Below are positions 43,809-53,184 of a stretch of 64,000 nt of DNA, piece by piece (position 1 is the stretch's first letter; every line of letters begins with the position of its first letter). The position numbers and the translations under genes were made by a program. Origin of the DNA: a virus (taxonomy: Duplodnaviria > Caudoviricetes); the IMG/VR virus record IMGVR_UViG_3300031867_000041, positions 6,544-70,543 of that record; one strand, given 5' to 3'. The notes under the pieces were generated by a model that saw only the letters and a list, made by a program, of their open reading frames with translations, had not been told where the DNA came from and searched no databases.

Positions 43809-44483
43809 ATGAACCTAAAGAATAAGGAAGGTGATGGCGTGAAACATTATACTTCAGAAGAACTATATAAAATGGAAAAGCCAAAAAGGCCAGAAGCGTT
43901 TGATTCGTTTCCACCTCGTTGGCATTATTCAGATTTTTGCTTTCCATTTGTGAGTATTTATGATGGAATGTTTAAAAATACCGGTGTTGTTCCATCCAAG
44001 TTAAAAACTGTGATAATTGAAAATATTGATAGCTTGTACGAAGCAGCAGCGCCATCTTTGGATAAAAGAGTAGACGAAGAAATAAGGGAGCATAAAACAG
44101 AGTGCGCACGACATCCGAGAAGTAAAATATATGGATATGACACAATGGAAGAACGCCTTCCTATTATAAGAGACTATTTCGAAGACTTATATGCATACCT
44201 TTTCATGGAAGCATTAAGAAAAGAAGTTGAGTTTGTAAGGCTAGAAACAGTAAAAGAAATTTTAGAGAAAAACATTGAGGAATGGAATAAAAAGTCTTTT
44301 ATCGAAAAACAAATAATCAAAAGTCAAAATACTGTGAAGCCAGCATGGCTAAAAGAAGGTTGGTTTGTTTATATTTTGGTTCTTATCCTGGCTTTTTTGT
44401 TCCAAGGAACAATAAGAATATGGGTGTTGGCAACGATATATTTCTTTATATGGCGAAAGATACAAATTGATAAGTTTAATTGA
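43809..44483 (+). CDS. Hypothetical protein with C-terminal transmembrane segments
   Basis: Hydrophobic WFVYILVLILAFLF...WVLATIYFFIW. Confidence 0.7.
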   Translation: MNLKNKEGDGVKHYTSEELYKMEKPKRPEAFDSFPPRWHYSDFCFPFVSIYDGMFKNTGVVPSKLKTVIIENIDSLYEAAAPSLDKRVDEEIREHKTECARHPRSKIYGYDTMEERLPIIRDYFEDLYAYLFMEALRKEVEFVRLETVKEILEKNIEEWNKKSFIEKQIIKSQNTVKPAWLKEGWFVYILVLILAFLFQGTIRIWVLATIYFFIWRKIQIDKFN

Positions 44484-44911
44484 AAGGCGGAGATATATTG
44501 AATAAGAAAGAGCGTTTAAAATATCTTTATTACTTTGTTTATTTGAAATATGCAACAAAAATGGCAATTGTATTTAAAGACGGCCTGGCAGAAGATGATT
44601 TTGGAAGTTATATTAAAGAAAGAATTGTTGAGGTCCCAAAATGTACAATTCTTAATCCAGACGAATGGTCGTTGTTCGCATTTCTACATGAAATTGGGCA
44701 CATAATGACAAATAATACAAAGATGAAAAGATGTGAACAAGAATATCTTGCAACTAAATGGGCTATTAAAGAATCAACAGAAATTGGATTTAAAGTTCCT
44801 AAAAAGTATATAACAGTATATCAAAACTATATTTGGGAATGGAGAGATCGAGGAATCAAATGTGGAGCTAAAAAGATTCCAAGTCGCGAACAGTTAACGT
44901 TGTCATTTTAA
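44480..44911 (+). CDS. HExxH metallopeptidase-like protein
   Basis: FLHEIGH...EYLA. Confidence 0.65.
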   Translation: MKGGDILNKKERLKYLYYFVYLKYATKMAIVFKDGLAEDDFGSYIKERIVEVPKCTILNPDEWSLFAFLHEIGHIMTNNTKMKRCEQEYLATKWAIKESTEIGFKVPKKYITVYQNYIWEWRDRGIKCGAKKIPSREQLTLSF

Positions 44912-44924
44912 AATTAATTGGAGG

Positions 44925-45935
44925 GTGTGTTATATGAGAGGCCGTCTTGAAAACAAAATCAAAACAGAAGCGCATATCCAGAAGAAAATTGAAGACATGC
45001 CGGAGTATATGAAAAGGTTTTATTATTCCCTCAAAAATAAATCACATACAACCAAAGAAAGATATATAAATAATGTAATTAGATTTCTTGACAAAACATT
45101 CGATGGAGATTTTCCAGAATTGGAAGAACTTAATGAGATTGATAGTTATACTGTACAAATGTATATGTCTGATATTGGATTATACGAATCCGACGGCGAA
45201 TACAAAGAACTTAAAGAATCAACACAATGTACTATATATTCTTGTTTATGTGCTTTCTTTGATTTTCTTGATAGAGAAAATTATATAATGAACAATCCTT
45301 TTAGCAATCATAAAATTGAGAGACCTAAAATAAAGGATAATTCCGTGGTTTTCTTAACTCCAGAAGAAGTTAGGAGAGTAGAGAAAGAAATATTGGACGG
45401 TACCGGAAATGCAATGAGTGTTGGCAAGCAAAGAAATTGGAAATATAGAGATTTGCTGTTATTTAGAATTCCGGTTGTTAATGGTTTGCGAGTAACGGCG
45501 TTAAGTGAAATAAATCTGGAAGACATTGATTTAATTAACAAAAAAATAACAGTAACAGAAAAAGGCAATATAACAAAAAGAGTTGACTTTGATCCCAAAA
45601 CATCAAGATATTTAAAGATTTGGCTTGATCAGCGGAAAAAGTTGTTAGGTGATGTACAAGAAAACGCATTGTTTATTTCCAATCAGAGAAAACGGATGAC
45701 CGTAAGATCGATTGAAAATGTAATTGGAAAGTACACAGAATGTATTCCAAACAAACATATCACACCTCATAAATTAAGGTCTACATGTGGTACGAACACA
45801 TATCAGCAGACAAAAGATATTTATCTGGTCTCAAAAGTCCTCGGTCATAAGACAACATCTCCGACCAAGAGATACGCAGCAGTATTTGATGAAGATATCA
45901 CAAATACAATAAATACACTTGCATCAATGTATTAA
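44925..45935 (+). CDS. Tyrosine recombinase with complete catalytic set (YopP-like position)
   Basis: GLRV, EKGN, PHKLR, LGH, TKRY. Confidence 0.9.
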   Translation: MCYMRGRLENKIKTEAHIQKKIEDMPEYMKRFYYSLKNKSHTTKERYINNVIRFLDKTFDGDFPELEELNEIDSYTVQMYMSDIGLYESDGEYKELKESTQCTIYSCLCAFFDFLDRENYIMNNPFSNHKIERPKIKDNSVVFLTPEEVRRVEKEILDGTGNAMSVGKQRNWKYRDLLLFRIPVVNGLRVTALSEINLEDIDLINKKITVTEKGNITKRVDFDPKTSRYLKIWLDQRKKLLGDVQENALFISNQRKRMTVRSIENVIGKYTECIPNKHITPHKLRSTCGTNTYQQTKDIYLVSKVLGHKTTSPTKRYAAVFDEDITNTINTLASMY

Positions 45936-45955
45936 ATAGTGTATAATGCAGATAG

Positions 45956-47248
45956 TTGAATGTGTTGAAAATTAAATATCATAAGAAGGAGGTATCAGTT
46001 ATGCGTCGCGCTGAAGCGGATCAATACATCGAACATCGTTTTGCTGGCATTTTAAAACCAAGTGCAAGGAGACAGTTCTGTGTTGAGGTCTTTGAAAAAT
46101 TTAACATACCCATTGACAGAACGATGGATATGCTGATGTTTAGACGAAATGTTCAAGAATGTAAGAACTTCGAGGTATTTGCATACGTAAGTTCGTTAGA
46201 TAAGAATAAGGTAAAAGACTTTTTTACCGAAGAGGAGATCAAATTTCTTTCCAGTGCAGACCACGAAGAAAAAGGTGTTACATTTCCAATTACATTTGAT
46301 GGAATGATTCAGATTTCAAACGATCAGTGGATTGGTGGCATTAGTCTTCAGAGAATGATGGAACTGCGTGACGCACAAATGATTAACTACCGAGAAGGTC
46401 AGCAGAGAACTCTGAAAAGAGTGATGTCTGGCGGTATTGAGACATTTCATATTGCAATAAGCAAGAACAATGTCAGAGAAATCGAAGACCTGTTCAAACG
46501 ACAGTTGTATATACCTGATGACATTACACTGAATATGCCGGTAGATGGAAGTGAATTTAAATATAATAAGACAAACCGCTCGTTAACAATTTTTTCGCTT
46601 CCTAATAATATGTTCGACATTTTGGATGCATACCATCGCTATCTTGCAATGTCAAATATACACAATCAGTTCCCAGATTTTGATTATCCTATGGAATTAA
46701 GGATTACATATTTTCCGCCAGAAAAAGCACAGCAGTTTATATATCAGAAAGACCAGAAGACAAGAATGGCAAAGAGCAAGTCTGACACTTATAATCAGTA
46801 CAGCGTGGAAAACAGAATCCTTAGAATGATTAACCAGGATCCGAATTGTTTGATAGCCGGTAAAATAGGAAGCAACTCTGAAGATATTGATATGAGCCGG
46901 ATGGCTATATTTATAAGGAAGTGGATTGTACCAAGTGTAATTCCGCAGAAAGAAGAAAATCGTATAGTATTGGAAGCAAAGACTAAACTTTTACCACGAA
47001 TTAATAAAGTAGTAAGTGAGATGCCGGAACTGATGTCTCACAGATGGACAATAAAAGAAATGTTCTGCATCATGTATACTATTTGTCAAGATAAGGTTGC
47101 AGAAAACCAATATGTTCCGGTTATCAAATATCTTCTGGAAAACTTTGGAACCGATAAAATGACAGATATTGTTTCACAAAACTATGTACGAATAAAAGCT
47201 GTCAATTCGGCAGATGAACTCGTAGAGAGGTGGAAGGAAGATGTATAA
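45956..47248 (+). CDS. DndB/ParB-like protein (YopQ-like)
   Basis: YIPDDITLN...ILDAYHR (DGQHR-like); lies between two recombinase-fold genes, as in SPbeta. Confidence 0.6.
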   Translation: MNVLKIKYHKKEVSVMRRAEADQYIEHRFAGILKPSARRQFCVEVFEKFNIPIDRTMDMLMFRRNVQECKNFEVFAYVSSLDKNKVKDFFTEEEIKFLSSADHEEKGVTFPITFDGMIQISNDQWIGGISLQRMMELRDAQMINYREGQQRTLKRVMSGGIETFHIAISKNNVREIEDLFKRQLYIPDDITLNMPVDGSEFKYNKTNRSLTIFSLPNNMFDILDAYHRYLAMSNIHNQFPDFDYPMELRITYFPPEKAQQFIYQKDQKTRMAKSKSDTYNQYSVENRILRMINQDPNCLIAGKIGSNSEDIDMSRMAIFIRKWIVPSVIPQKEENRIVLEAKTKLLPRINKVVSEMPELMSHRWTIKEMFCIMYTICQDKVAENQYVPVIKYLLENFGTDKMTDIVSQNYVRIKAVNSADELVERWKEDV

Positions 47249-48146
47249 TGCGAAAATCAAACAAGAATACCTTGATTATAAAAGGGAGACCACCCAGTTA
47301 GCGAACAATCTGAAAAACTGGTTTGATTATGCGGAATACTTTGAGGAGAAATACGACAGAGATTTGTGTAACTGGTCGTCACCGGAAATCCTTGCCTTTT
47401 GTAAATATTTGTCTACTCCAAAAATTAAAACGCTGACACTGTTTGTGAATACAATGAAGATATACACAGACTGGTGTATGGCAAACTCGTTGGTATTAGA
47501 TAATCAAAACCACTGGGTTGAAGTAGATCAGGAGTCATTGTACAGATGTATAGATACGGAAAGGCTGTCCGAGTCCTATATAACAAGAAATGAACTGTTG
47601 GAGAATATAGATAAGCTGTATAACTACTCTGACAAGTTTATTTTTCTTGGAACCTTTGAGGGAATGACAGTGCCGGAGATAGCGTCCGCAAAACCAGCAG
47701 ATTTGTATGACGGCATAATGCATTGCAAAACAAGAGATTTGACAATATCTCCAGAGTTGGAAGACATAATAATAAATACAACAACAGAAACATCCTATCT
47801 GGTATACAAGAAGAACAATAGAGACAGAGTCCGTAGTATGGAATTATGTTCCGGCGATGAGATTGTCAGAGGTTCAGAATCTAGTGGCCCAAGCGTAAAT
47901 CAGACAGTACTTGTTTCTTCTAGATTTAGAAGAGCATCGAAATATTTGGAGCTGTCTTCGAATTTAACTATGATTAATTTGAAGGAGTCCGGCAGATTTG
48001 AGATGATACGTGGCATCCTCAAAGAAACTGGAATGACGTTGAAGGATTATATCTTTAATAAAGAAGCCAGAAAAGAAATGGAAGAGCGTTACGGCAAGAT
48101 CCAGAATTTAAGTAGTTTTGTGATGGTATACAAAGACATAATATAA
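47241..48146 (+). CDS. Recombinase-fold protein lacking catalytic residues (YopR-like repressor candidate)
   Basis: MYN..IKQEYL..., DKFIFLGTFEG, LKESGR; no HxxR or LGH motif. Confidence 0.55.
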   Translation: MYNAKIKQEYLDYKRETTQLANNLKNWFDYAEYFEEKYDRDLCNWSSPEILAFCKYLSTPKIKTLTLFVNTMKIYTDWCMANSLVLDNQNHWVEVDQESLYRCIDTERLSESYITRNELLENIDKLYNYSDKFIFLGTFEGMTVPEIASAKPADLYDGIMHCKTRDLTISPELEDIIINTTTETSYLVYKKNNRDRVRSMELCSGDEIVRGSESSGPSVNQTVLVSSRFRRASKYLELSSNLTMINLKESGRFEMIRGILKETGMTLKDYIFNKEARKEMEERYGKIQNLSSFVMVYKDII

Positions 48147-48186
48147 GGCACCACGATGGGTGCCAAATAAAAGTGAAATAAATTAA

Positions 48187-48618
48187 TTAATACCTAAATA
48201 TCAAATCGTTTTGCCATGAATCAAATGCATCTGGAGAAGATGACCGTAGTTCGTTCGCAAAATTTTCATACTCTGCGAGTTTCTTCTTGAATTTCTTGCT
48301 ACGTCTAATTGCAGCTTTACGTCTTTTCTCAAAAGCTTCTTTTCGAAGAGACGCTTGAACTTCTTCTGGAGTGGGTACATGCTCTCCATGAGCAACGGAT
48401 TCTATTGTTTGGACATCTCCAGGTTCAAAGTCACCGTTTTCAATATGAGAGATAGCGTGTTTGCAAGATTCCTGCAATCTATCAAAAGAAAAACGTGCGT
48501 TTAAAAATATGGTATAAGTTCCATCTTCGTTTTTGTGGACTACTTCTGGAACTTCTGTATTGCCAAGGTCAATGATTTCAACAAAGACATCTTCGTCTTT
48601 AACAGGGATCTTCTCCAT
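48187..48618 (-). CDS. ImmA/IrrE-like metallopeptidase
   Basis: YTIFLNARFS...HAISHI..GDF; overlaps the repressor gene. Confidence 0.65.
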   Translation of the reverse strand: MEKIPVKDEDVFVEIIDLGNTEVPEVVHKNEDGTYTIFLNARFSFDRLQESCKHAISHIENGDFEPGDVQTIESVAHGEHVPTPEEVQASLRKEAFEKRRKAAIRRSKKFKKKLAEYENFANELRSSSPDAFDSWQNDLIFRY

Positions 48619-48985
48619 CGTACCGCTCCTTCTTTTTCATACCTTCTAGTGTTGTAACAAGTGCTTTTAATGTTTCTGGATTAGTACCTTTCATAGCATC
48701 ATAGAGATATCGCATATCTTTATTATCGTGTAGCTCTTGTGCTATTTCGGCTGTTTCTTCGTCAAGATAATATTTCGGGCGTTGTTTCTCATCCAGAAAC
48801 TCGACAACAGAAACACCAAGATAGTCAGCCAGCTTCTCCAGTTTGGAAACAGAAGGACTATGATGATTCATTTTAGACAAAGCACCTTTTGGGAATCCAG
48901 CGCCTTTTTCTATATCTTGGATTTTCAATCCTCGTTTATCTGCTATGATTTTAATTCTCTCGTAAATACCCATGACATACCTCAT
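48599..48985 (-). CDS. XRE-family HTH repressor (cI-like)
   Basis: IYERIK...GL.IQDIEKGAGF..G..SKM...PS..KLEKLADYLGV. Confidence 0.9.
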   Translation of the reverse strand: MRYVMGIYERIKIIADKRGLKIQDIEKGAGFPKGALSKMNHHSPSVSKLEKLADYLGVSVVEFLDEKQRPKYYLDEETAEIAQELHDNKDMRYLYDAMKGTNPETLKALVTTLEGMKKKERYDGEDPC

Positions 48986-49018
48986 AAAAATAAAAATAAA
49001 ATTTTACTCAAAAAGTTG

Positions 49019-49046
49019 TTGACATGAGCAAAAATTGGCGTATAAT
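49019..49046 (+). promoter_or_regulatory. Sigma-A promoter divergent from the repressor
   Basis: TTGACA-N16-TATAAT. Confidence 0.75.
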
Positions 49047-49157
49047 AAAATTTGGTAAGAGCAATATATAACTCACGAACTGAAACGGAAGCGTTAAAAA
49101 TAACTCACACAAAAAAGTATAATACAAGGATCACCAAAAGTCAAGGAGGGCTATTGT

Positions 49158-49415
49158 ATGTTTGACGATTTTATTAATGCTATCAATGAGGCAATTGAAA
49201 ACAACAGAACGATTTCTATGAGTATCAGTGTAAAAGATGGGAATTCATCTTACTGGGTAATTACACCAGAAGGAGTTGAGGTAGCAGAAAAAACCGTATA
49301 CATTTATCAAGGCGATTCTTATTATAATATAGAAGCAAAAGAAATTTCTTATGACGAAGCACTCGATCAGTATCTGCTCAAATCCGACTATTCTGTCGCA
49401 GCGTTTATTTTTTAA
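49158..49415 (+). CDS. Hypothetical protein (85 aa)
   Basis: AAGGAGG RBS; track ORF. Confidence 0.7.
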   Translation: MFDDFINAINEAIENNRTISMSISVKDGNSSYWVITPEGVEVAEKTVYIYQGDSYYNIEAKEISYDEALDQYLLKSDYSVAAFIF

Positions 49416-49456
49416 AAAACGCTGAAACAAAAATATATAAAATTAAATAATATGTG

Positions 49457-49485
49457 TTGACAAACGAAATTGTTTTTGATATAAT
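49457..49485 (+). promoter_or_regulatory. Consensus sigma-A promoter for the tRNA/ncRNA/CRISPR cluster
   Basis: TTGACA-N17-TATAAT. Confidence 0.85.
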
Positions 49486-49643
49486 CTTTTTAGGTTGAAA
49501 AACCGGATATCTACCGAGCAATGGGATCCGAACAATATACGAGATACCCGCCGCCGGAGATATATTTGAGAGATGGGTCGCACCCATCGGAGCCGAGGGA
49601 TACTGGTAACTCGGTAAGACGGTAAGCGGGTAGACCGTCACAA

Positions 49644-49719
49644 CCGCCATTAGCTCAGTTGGTTAGAGCGACGGCCTTATAAGCCGTGCCTGTCCTGGGT
49701 TCGAGTCCCAGATGGCGGA
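49644..49719 (+). tRNA. tRNA-Ile(UAU)
   Basis: CCGCCAT/ATGGCGG acceptor; ACGGC-CTTATAA-GCCGT anticodon arm. Confidence 0.9.
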
Positions 49720-49886
49720 TTATGCGTGGCATAATACGAGCGGTGGTTATTATGCGGATGAGTAACATGCACAGACTGGTTTGTTAATAAGCATTAAAGT
49801 GTGGTCGAAGGCCAAGACTGCCGCCAGTCGTTAATTGGAGTGCGAACTGTTCAGCCGTCGCTCCTAAAACATAACGGCAGAACTTT

Positions 49887-50007
49887 GGGAGTGTGAGCGC
49901 AGACAGCTGGTGTTAATAATTGTGTACGAAGTTATTAGCGAGTGTCGATGGCAACAGTCTGGTTACCCAGCAATCAGAAAACGAAGGTTCGAATCCTTCT
50001 GCTCCCG
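49887..50007 (+). ncRNA. tRNA-like RNA with ~50-nt structured expansion
   Basis: GGGAGTG/TGCTCCC acceptor and GAAGG-TTCGAAT-CCTTC T arm; 121 nt overall. Confidence 0.5.
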
Positions 50008-50010
50008 TTT

Positions 50011-50082
50011 CGGAACGTGGTTTAATTGGAAAAACGAGCCAGTGATGGTTATTTGATGCAGGTTCGAATCCTGTCGTTCCGA
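50011..50082 (+). ncRNA. tRNA-like RNA with 4-nt anticodon loop
   Basis: CGGAACG/CGTTCCG acceptor, GTTT/AAAC D stem, AGCCA-GTGA-TGGTT, canonical T arm. Confidence 0.6.
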
Positions 50083-50349
50083 CTATAGGTTGTTCAGGAG
50101 ACCTTCCTACGAGTGGTGGTCAGCCGTAGGTAAAAGCAAATCAAGAAAAGAAATCATTTTGACCACTGATTTCTGAGTACCGTGGCAGAAACATCGTATG
50201 AGATGGCTGCTAACAACTGATGGCATCTGGGAAAGACCGAAACGCGCGTTGCAACTCATTAATTGGTCTTACGTTTTAAGATCACGAATTTGTAATTCTA
50301 CTTGGAGAACAGAATTATTGTTACATTCTCATAAATAATTCACTCCAAA

Positions 50350-50463
50350 CGGAACATAGCTCAATTGGTAGAGCACTCATGACAAACTATTGTTAACAGT
50401 GTCTTTGTTAACAGATAACCAATAGTGAAATGGGAAATGCACGTTCGAGTCGTGCTGTTCCAT
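50350..50463 (+). ncRNA. tRNA-like RNA with a 49-nt structured anticodon loop
   Basis: GCTC-AATTGGTA-GAGC D arm; CTCAT/ATGGG stem enclosing nested hairpins; GCACG-TTCGAGT-CGTGC T arm. Confidence 0.65.
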
Positions 50464-50580
50464 TACCGAAGTATTCTAGATAAGCTTCGGAAAACACAAA
50501 GGTACTCTGAGACGGGTTATGAGCTTAAACGACCCCGGATGGTGCGCAAACAATACCATCAAACACGGCCTTTGTGGTAT

Positions 50581-50651
50581 AGGGCATTCGCCAAGCGGTA
50601 AGGCCCAGGAATTTGACTCCTGTATCATCCGTTCGAATCGGATATGCCCTG
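50581..50651 (+). tRNA. tRNA-Gln(UUG)
   Basis: GCCAAGCGGTAAGGC D arm; CAGGA-ATTTGAC-TCCTG; G73. Confidence 0.9.
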
Positions 50652-50778
50652 CTCGGATAAAAAGCGAATTTTATCCGAAACGTTAGTCACGTTAAAATAC
50701 TATCGCCGGTTTGGCAGTTCCGACAAAAACTGCCATTAAAAAGCAAGTAAACATTATAATATTAAAGGAGAACTGAAT

Positions 50779-51042
50779 ATGCAGAATGAACTTTATGTTG
50801 GCATGGTGTGCAAAGCAAAGTTTTCGGTAAGTCCAGACAGAACAATTTATAAGGATACGTGGTTACCAATACGCATCATTAAAGAGAATAAATATTGGTG
50901 GGACGCAGAAGTTCTGGAGCACGAAAGTCCGCATCCGCATTTTGGACCATCAAAGCCATATCAGATGTCCATAAACAAACATGCTCTTAAAGTTGGAGAG
51001 ATCCAGATTAAAGATATTCATACTAAAAAGAAATCTGCATAA
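50779..51042 (+). CDS. Hypothetical protein (87 aa) within the tRNA cluster
   Basis: AAAGGAG RBS; track ORF. Confidence 0.7.
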   Translation: MQNELYVGMVCKAKFSVSPDRTIYKDTWLPIRIIKENKYWWDAEVLEHESPHPHFGPSKPYQMSINKHALKVGEIQIKDIHTKKKSA

Positions 51043-51118
51043 TAAATTATCGACATGTTCTTTTTCTTTTGTTATAGACTCCTTTCTTAACGCTTGGCGG
51101 AGCGTAAAACCGCCATCT

Positions 51119-51205
51119 GCGGAGTTGGCAGAGTTTGGTTTAATGCACCGGCCTTGAAAACCGGAGATGGGAAACCATCCAGAGGTTCGAATCCTCTACT
51201 CCGCG
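51119..51205 (+). tRNA. tRNA-Ser(UGA)
   Basis: GCGGAGT/ACTCCGC acceptor, G73, loop CTTGAAA, variable arm GATGG-GAAA-CCATC. Confidence 0.9.
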
Positions 51206-51312
51206 CTAGGCATTAGTAATAATATTAATGCCGAACTCCTTTGCGCGTGGGCAAGAAATATGGTAGTTTTTCATGGACAACCGTTTGCCAGTATCGGATA
51301 AACTGGCATCGT

Positions 51313-51395
51313 GGGGCATTGGCGAAATAGGCAGACGCTTCGGACTTAAAATCCGATGACTTTTAGTCGTATGGGTTCAAATCCCATATGCCCTA
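51313..51395 (+). tRNA. tRNA-Leu(UAA)
   Basis: TCGGA-CTTAAAA-TCCGA, long variable arm, A73. Confidence 0.9.
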
Positions 51396-51404
51396 CTTCG
51401 AGGG

Positions 51405-51590
51405 AGGCTCATATCCTCTGTGCGAACATATAGTAACCATTAAAATCGCCGTAGGTTCGCACTGGTATTACCGATGGAAAGGCATTTGATTTTAGACAAA
51501 TCTCATTCCTATCGCCGTCGGAACTGTACATTGACACGTAATTGCATAACGGGAAGATGCAGATACATATTTGTTTTGTGCATATTTGCT
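51405..51590 (+). promoter_or_regulatory. Leader/tracr-like element A
   Basis: CTGTGCGAAC...GTTCGCACTGG inverted repeat; anti-repeat ATCTCATTCC at 51500-51509; ends TTTGCT at repeat 1. Confidence 0.7.
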
Positions 51591-51739
51591 GATGTAATTT
51601 GCGGATGTGTATAGAATGAGATGTAAACTAAAATCTGATGGACTGTTAACATACCCGATGTAATTCACGGATGTGTATGGAATGAGATTGGGGTAGCTAT
51701 CAGAGTATTCGTGAGGCTACAGATGTAATTCGCAGATGC
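51591..51739 (+). CRISPR. CRISPR mini-array A (2 full repeats plus 1 truncated, 2 spacers)
   Basis: 32-nt GATGTAATTYRCGGATGTGTATRGAATGAGAT at 51591 and 51657, partial at 51722; spacers 34 and 33 nt. Confidence 0.75.
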
Positions 51740-51761
51740 ACACAAAACAGAAAGGAATTAT

Positions 51762-53171
51762 ATGCAGTATACCAAAGTTACAAATTATTCATTAAAATGT
51801 AGGCTTTACCCGAATAAGACTCAGCAGAAAAAAATTGATGATATTCTATATGGATTAAGAGTTGCATATAATACGACAGCCTGGGAAATTGTCCACGGAA
51901 ATGAAAGTATTTGTGTGCCGGGTAAAAAAAATCAATCGGATTTCTATCCAGATTTTAATAAGATGTACAAAGCGGATTGGCTAGAACAATTAAGAAAGAC
52001 TCATGAGATTGTAAATGCTGTACCTCCAAACGCTCTTTCCGGTACAAACGGAATTATGTTAAACAACCTTAAAAAGTCATATGAGAATTTTCATCCAGAT
52101 ACGAATGTTCAAGCAAAAACAAGAACCGGCAAACTAAAATTTACAAAATCTGGCAAACCAGTAATGAAGAAAACCGATAAACCAGTAAAGGTTTCGTGTG
52201 ATAAATGGCAACCGACGTATTATTCAAATAAACACCCAAAGAGGTCTTTCTTTATACAGGTGGAAGCAAATCGGTTTAGTTTTCCAGAAAATTCGAAATC
52301 TGTTAAAGTTGATTTAACAAAAAATAAAGGAAATAGCTCAATGAAAGATTTTGGAGCTATGAAAATTCGTGGATGGAGATTTGATTTATTATATGGAGAT
52401 GATCAGAAATCAACATTTACAGACTGTTTTGATGATAGAAAATTAAGTGTATTTATTTCTAAAGATAATGTAGGTGATTATTATATTTCCGTGAGAATCC
52501 CGGAAGTTTGGATACCTGTAAAAGACACCAAAGAACAAAGGGAACTTGGTGTAGATGTTGGCGTTCATGATGTCGCCATAACTTCGGACGGAACTAAATA
52601 TGAGAATAAGAAATTTCTCGAAAAAGAAATTCAACATAAAAAAGCATTGAATAGACGTGTGAGCAGAAGACAAGGTTGGTCAAATATTAAATTTAGAGAA
52701 GCTCACAAAGAAAACAATGACTTGATGCCGTCGAAGAGATACGAGGAAACGAAATTAAAGTTGGCAAAACTTGATCGGAAAATTGCTAGGAGGCGAGATG
52801 ATTATAACCATTGTGTAACAAGAGATATTGTTAACAAAGCATCATTTATTGGAATTGAGTCTCTTGCTGTGAAAGATATGTTGCAAGATAAGTATATGGC
52901 CAGGGCGTTAAGTGATGCGGCTATGTACGATATATTATCAAAATTGAAATACAAAATGAATCGTAAGGGTGGGGAGATTGTTTCAATTGGCAAATGGGAG
53001 CCGTCCAGTCAGTTGTGTCATGTTTGCGGATATCAAAACAAACTAATTAAAGATACAAGAATAAGAGACTGGACATGTCCGAAATGTGGAACATATCATG
53101 ACAGAGATATAAACGCTGCCATTAATATATTAAATATGGCAAAAGCAAAACAAGAAGAAAAAACAATATAA
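51762..53171 (+). CDS. TnpB/Cas12f-like RNA-guided RuvC nuclease (469 aa), CRISPR-associated
   Basis: N-terminal LKCRLYPNKTQ; RuvC-I GVDVG, RuvC-II IGIESL, Zn finger CHVC/CPKC, RuvC-III HDRDINAA; no tnpA nearby; flanked by arrays. Confidence 0.9.
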   Translation: MQYTKVTNYSLKCRLYPNKTQQKKIDDILYGLRVAYNTTAWEIVHGNESICVPGKKNQSDFYPDFNKMYKADWLEQLRKTHEIVNAVPPNALSGTNGIMLNNLKKSYENFHPDTNVQAKTRTGKLKFTKSGKPVMKKTDKPVKVSCDKWQPTYYSNKHPKRSFFIQVEANRFSFPENSKSVKVDLTKNKGNSSMKDFGAMKIRGWRFDLLYGDDQKSTFTDCFDDRKLSVFISKDNVGDYYISVRIPEVWIPVKDTKEQRELGVDVGVHDVAITSDGTKYENKKFLEKEIQHKKALNRRVSRRQGWSNIKFREAHKENNDLMPSKRYEETKLKLAKLDRKIARRRDDYNHCVTRDIVNKASFIGIESLAVKDMLQDKYMARALSDAAMYDILSKLKYKMNRKGGEIVSIGKWEPSSQLCHVCGYQNKLIKDTRIRDWTCPKCGTYHDRDINAAINILNMAKAKQEEKTI

Positions 53172-53184
53172 TAAATTAAATCGT

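Noticed and set aside
50205-50260. Second hammerhead ribozyme (CTGATGG...GAAAC)
   Set aside because: Core A9 is missing and no convincing stem I can be formed.
51762-53171. Ordinary IS200/IS605 insertion
   Set aside because: No tnpA and no recognisable IS ends. It is flanked on both sides by leader-plus-array cassettes.
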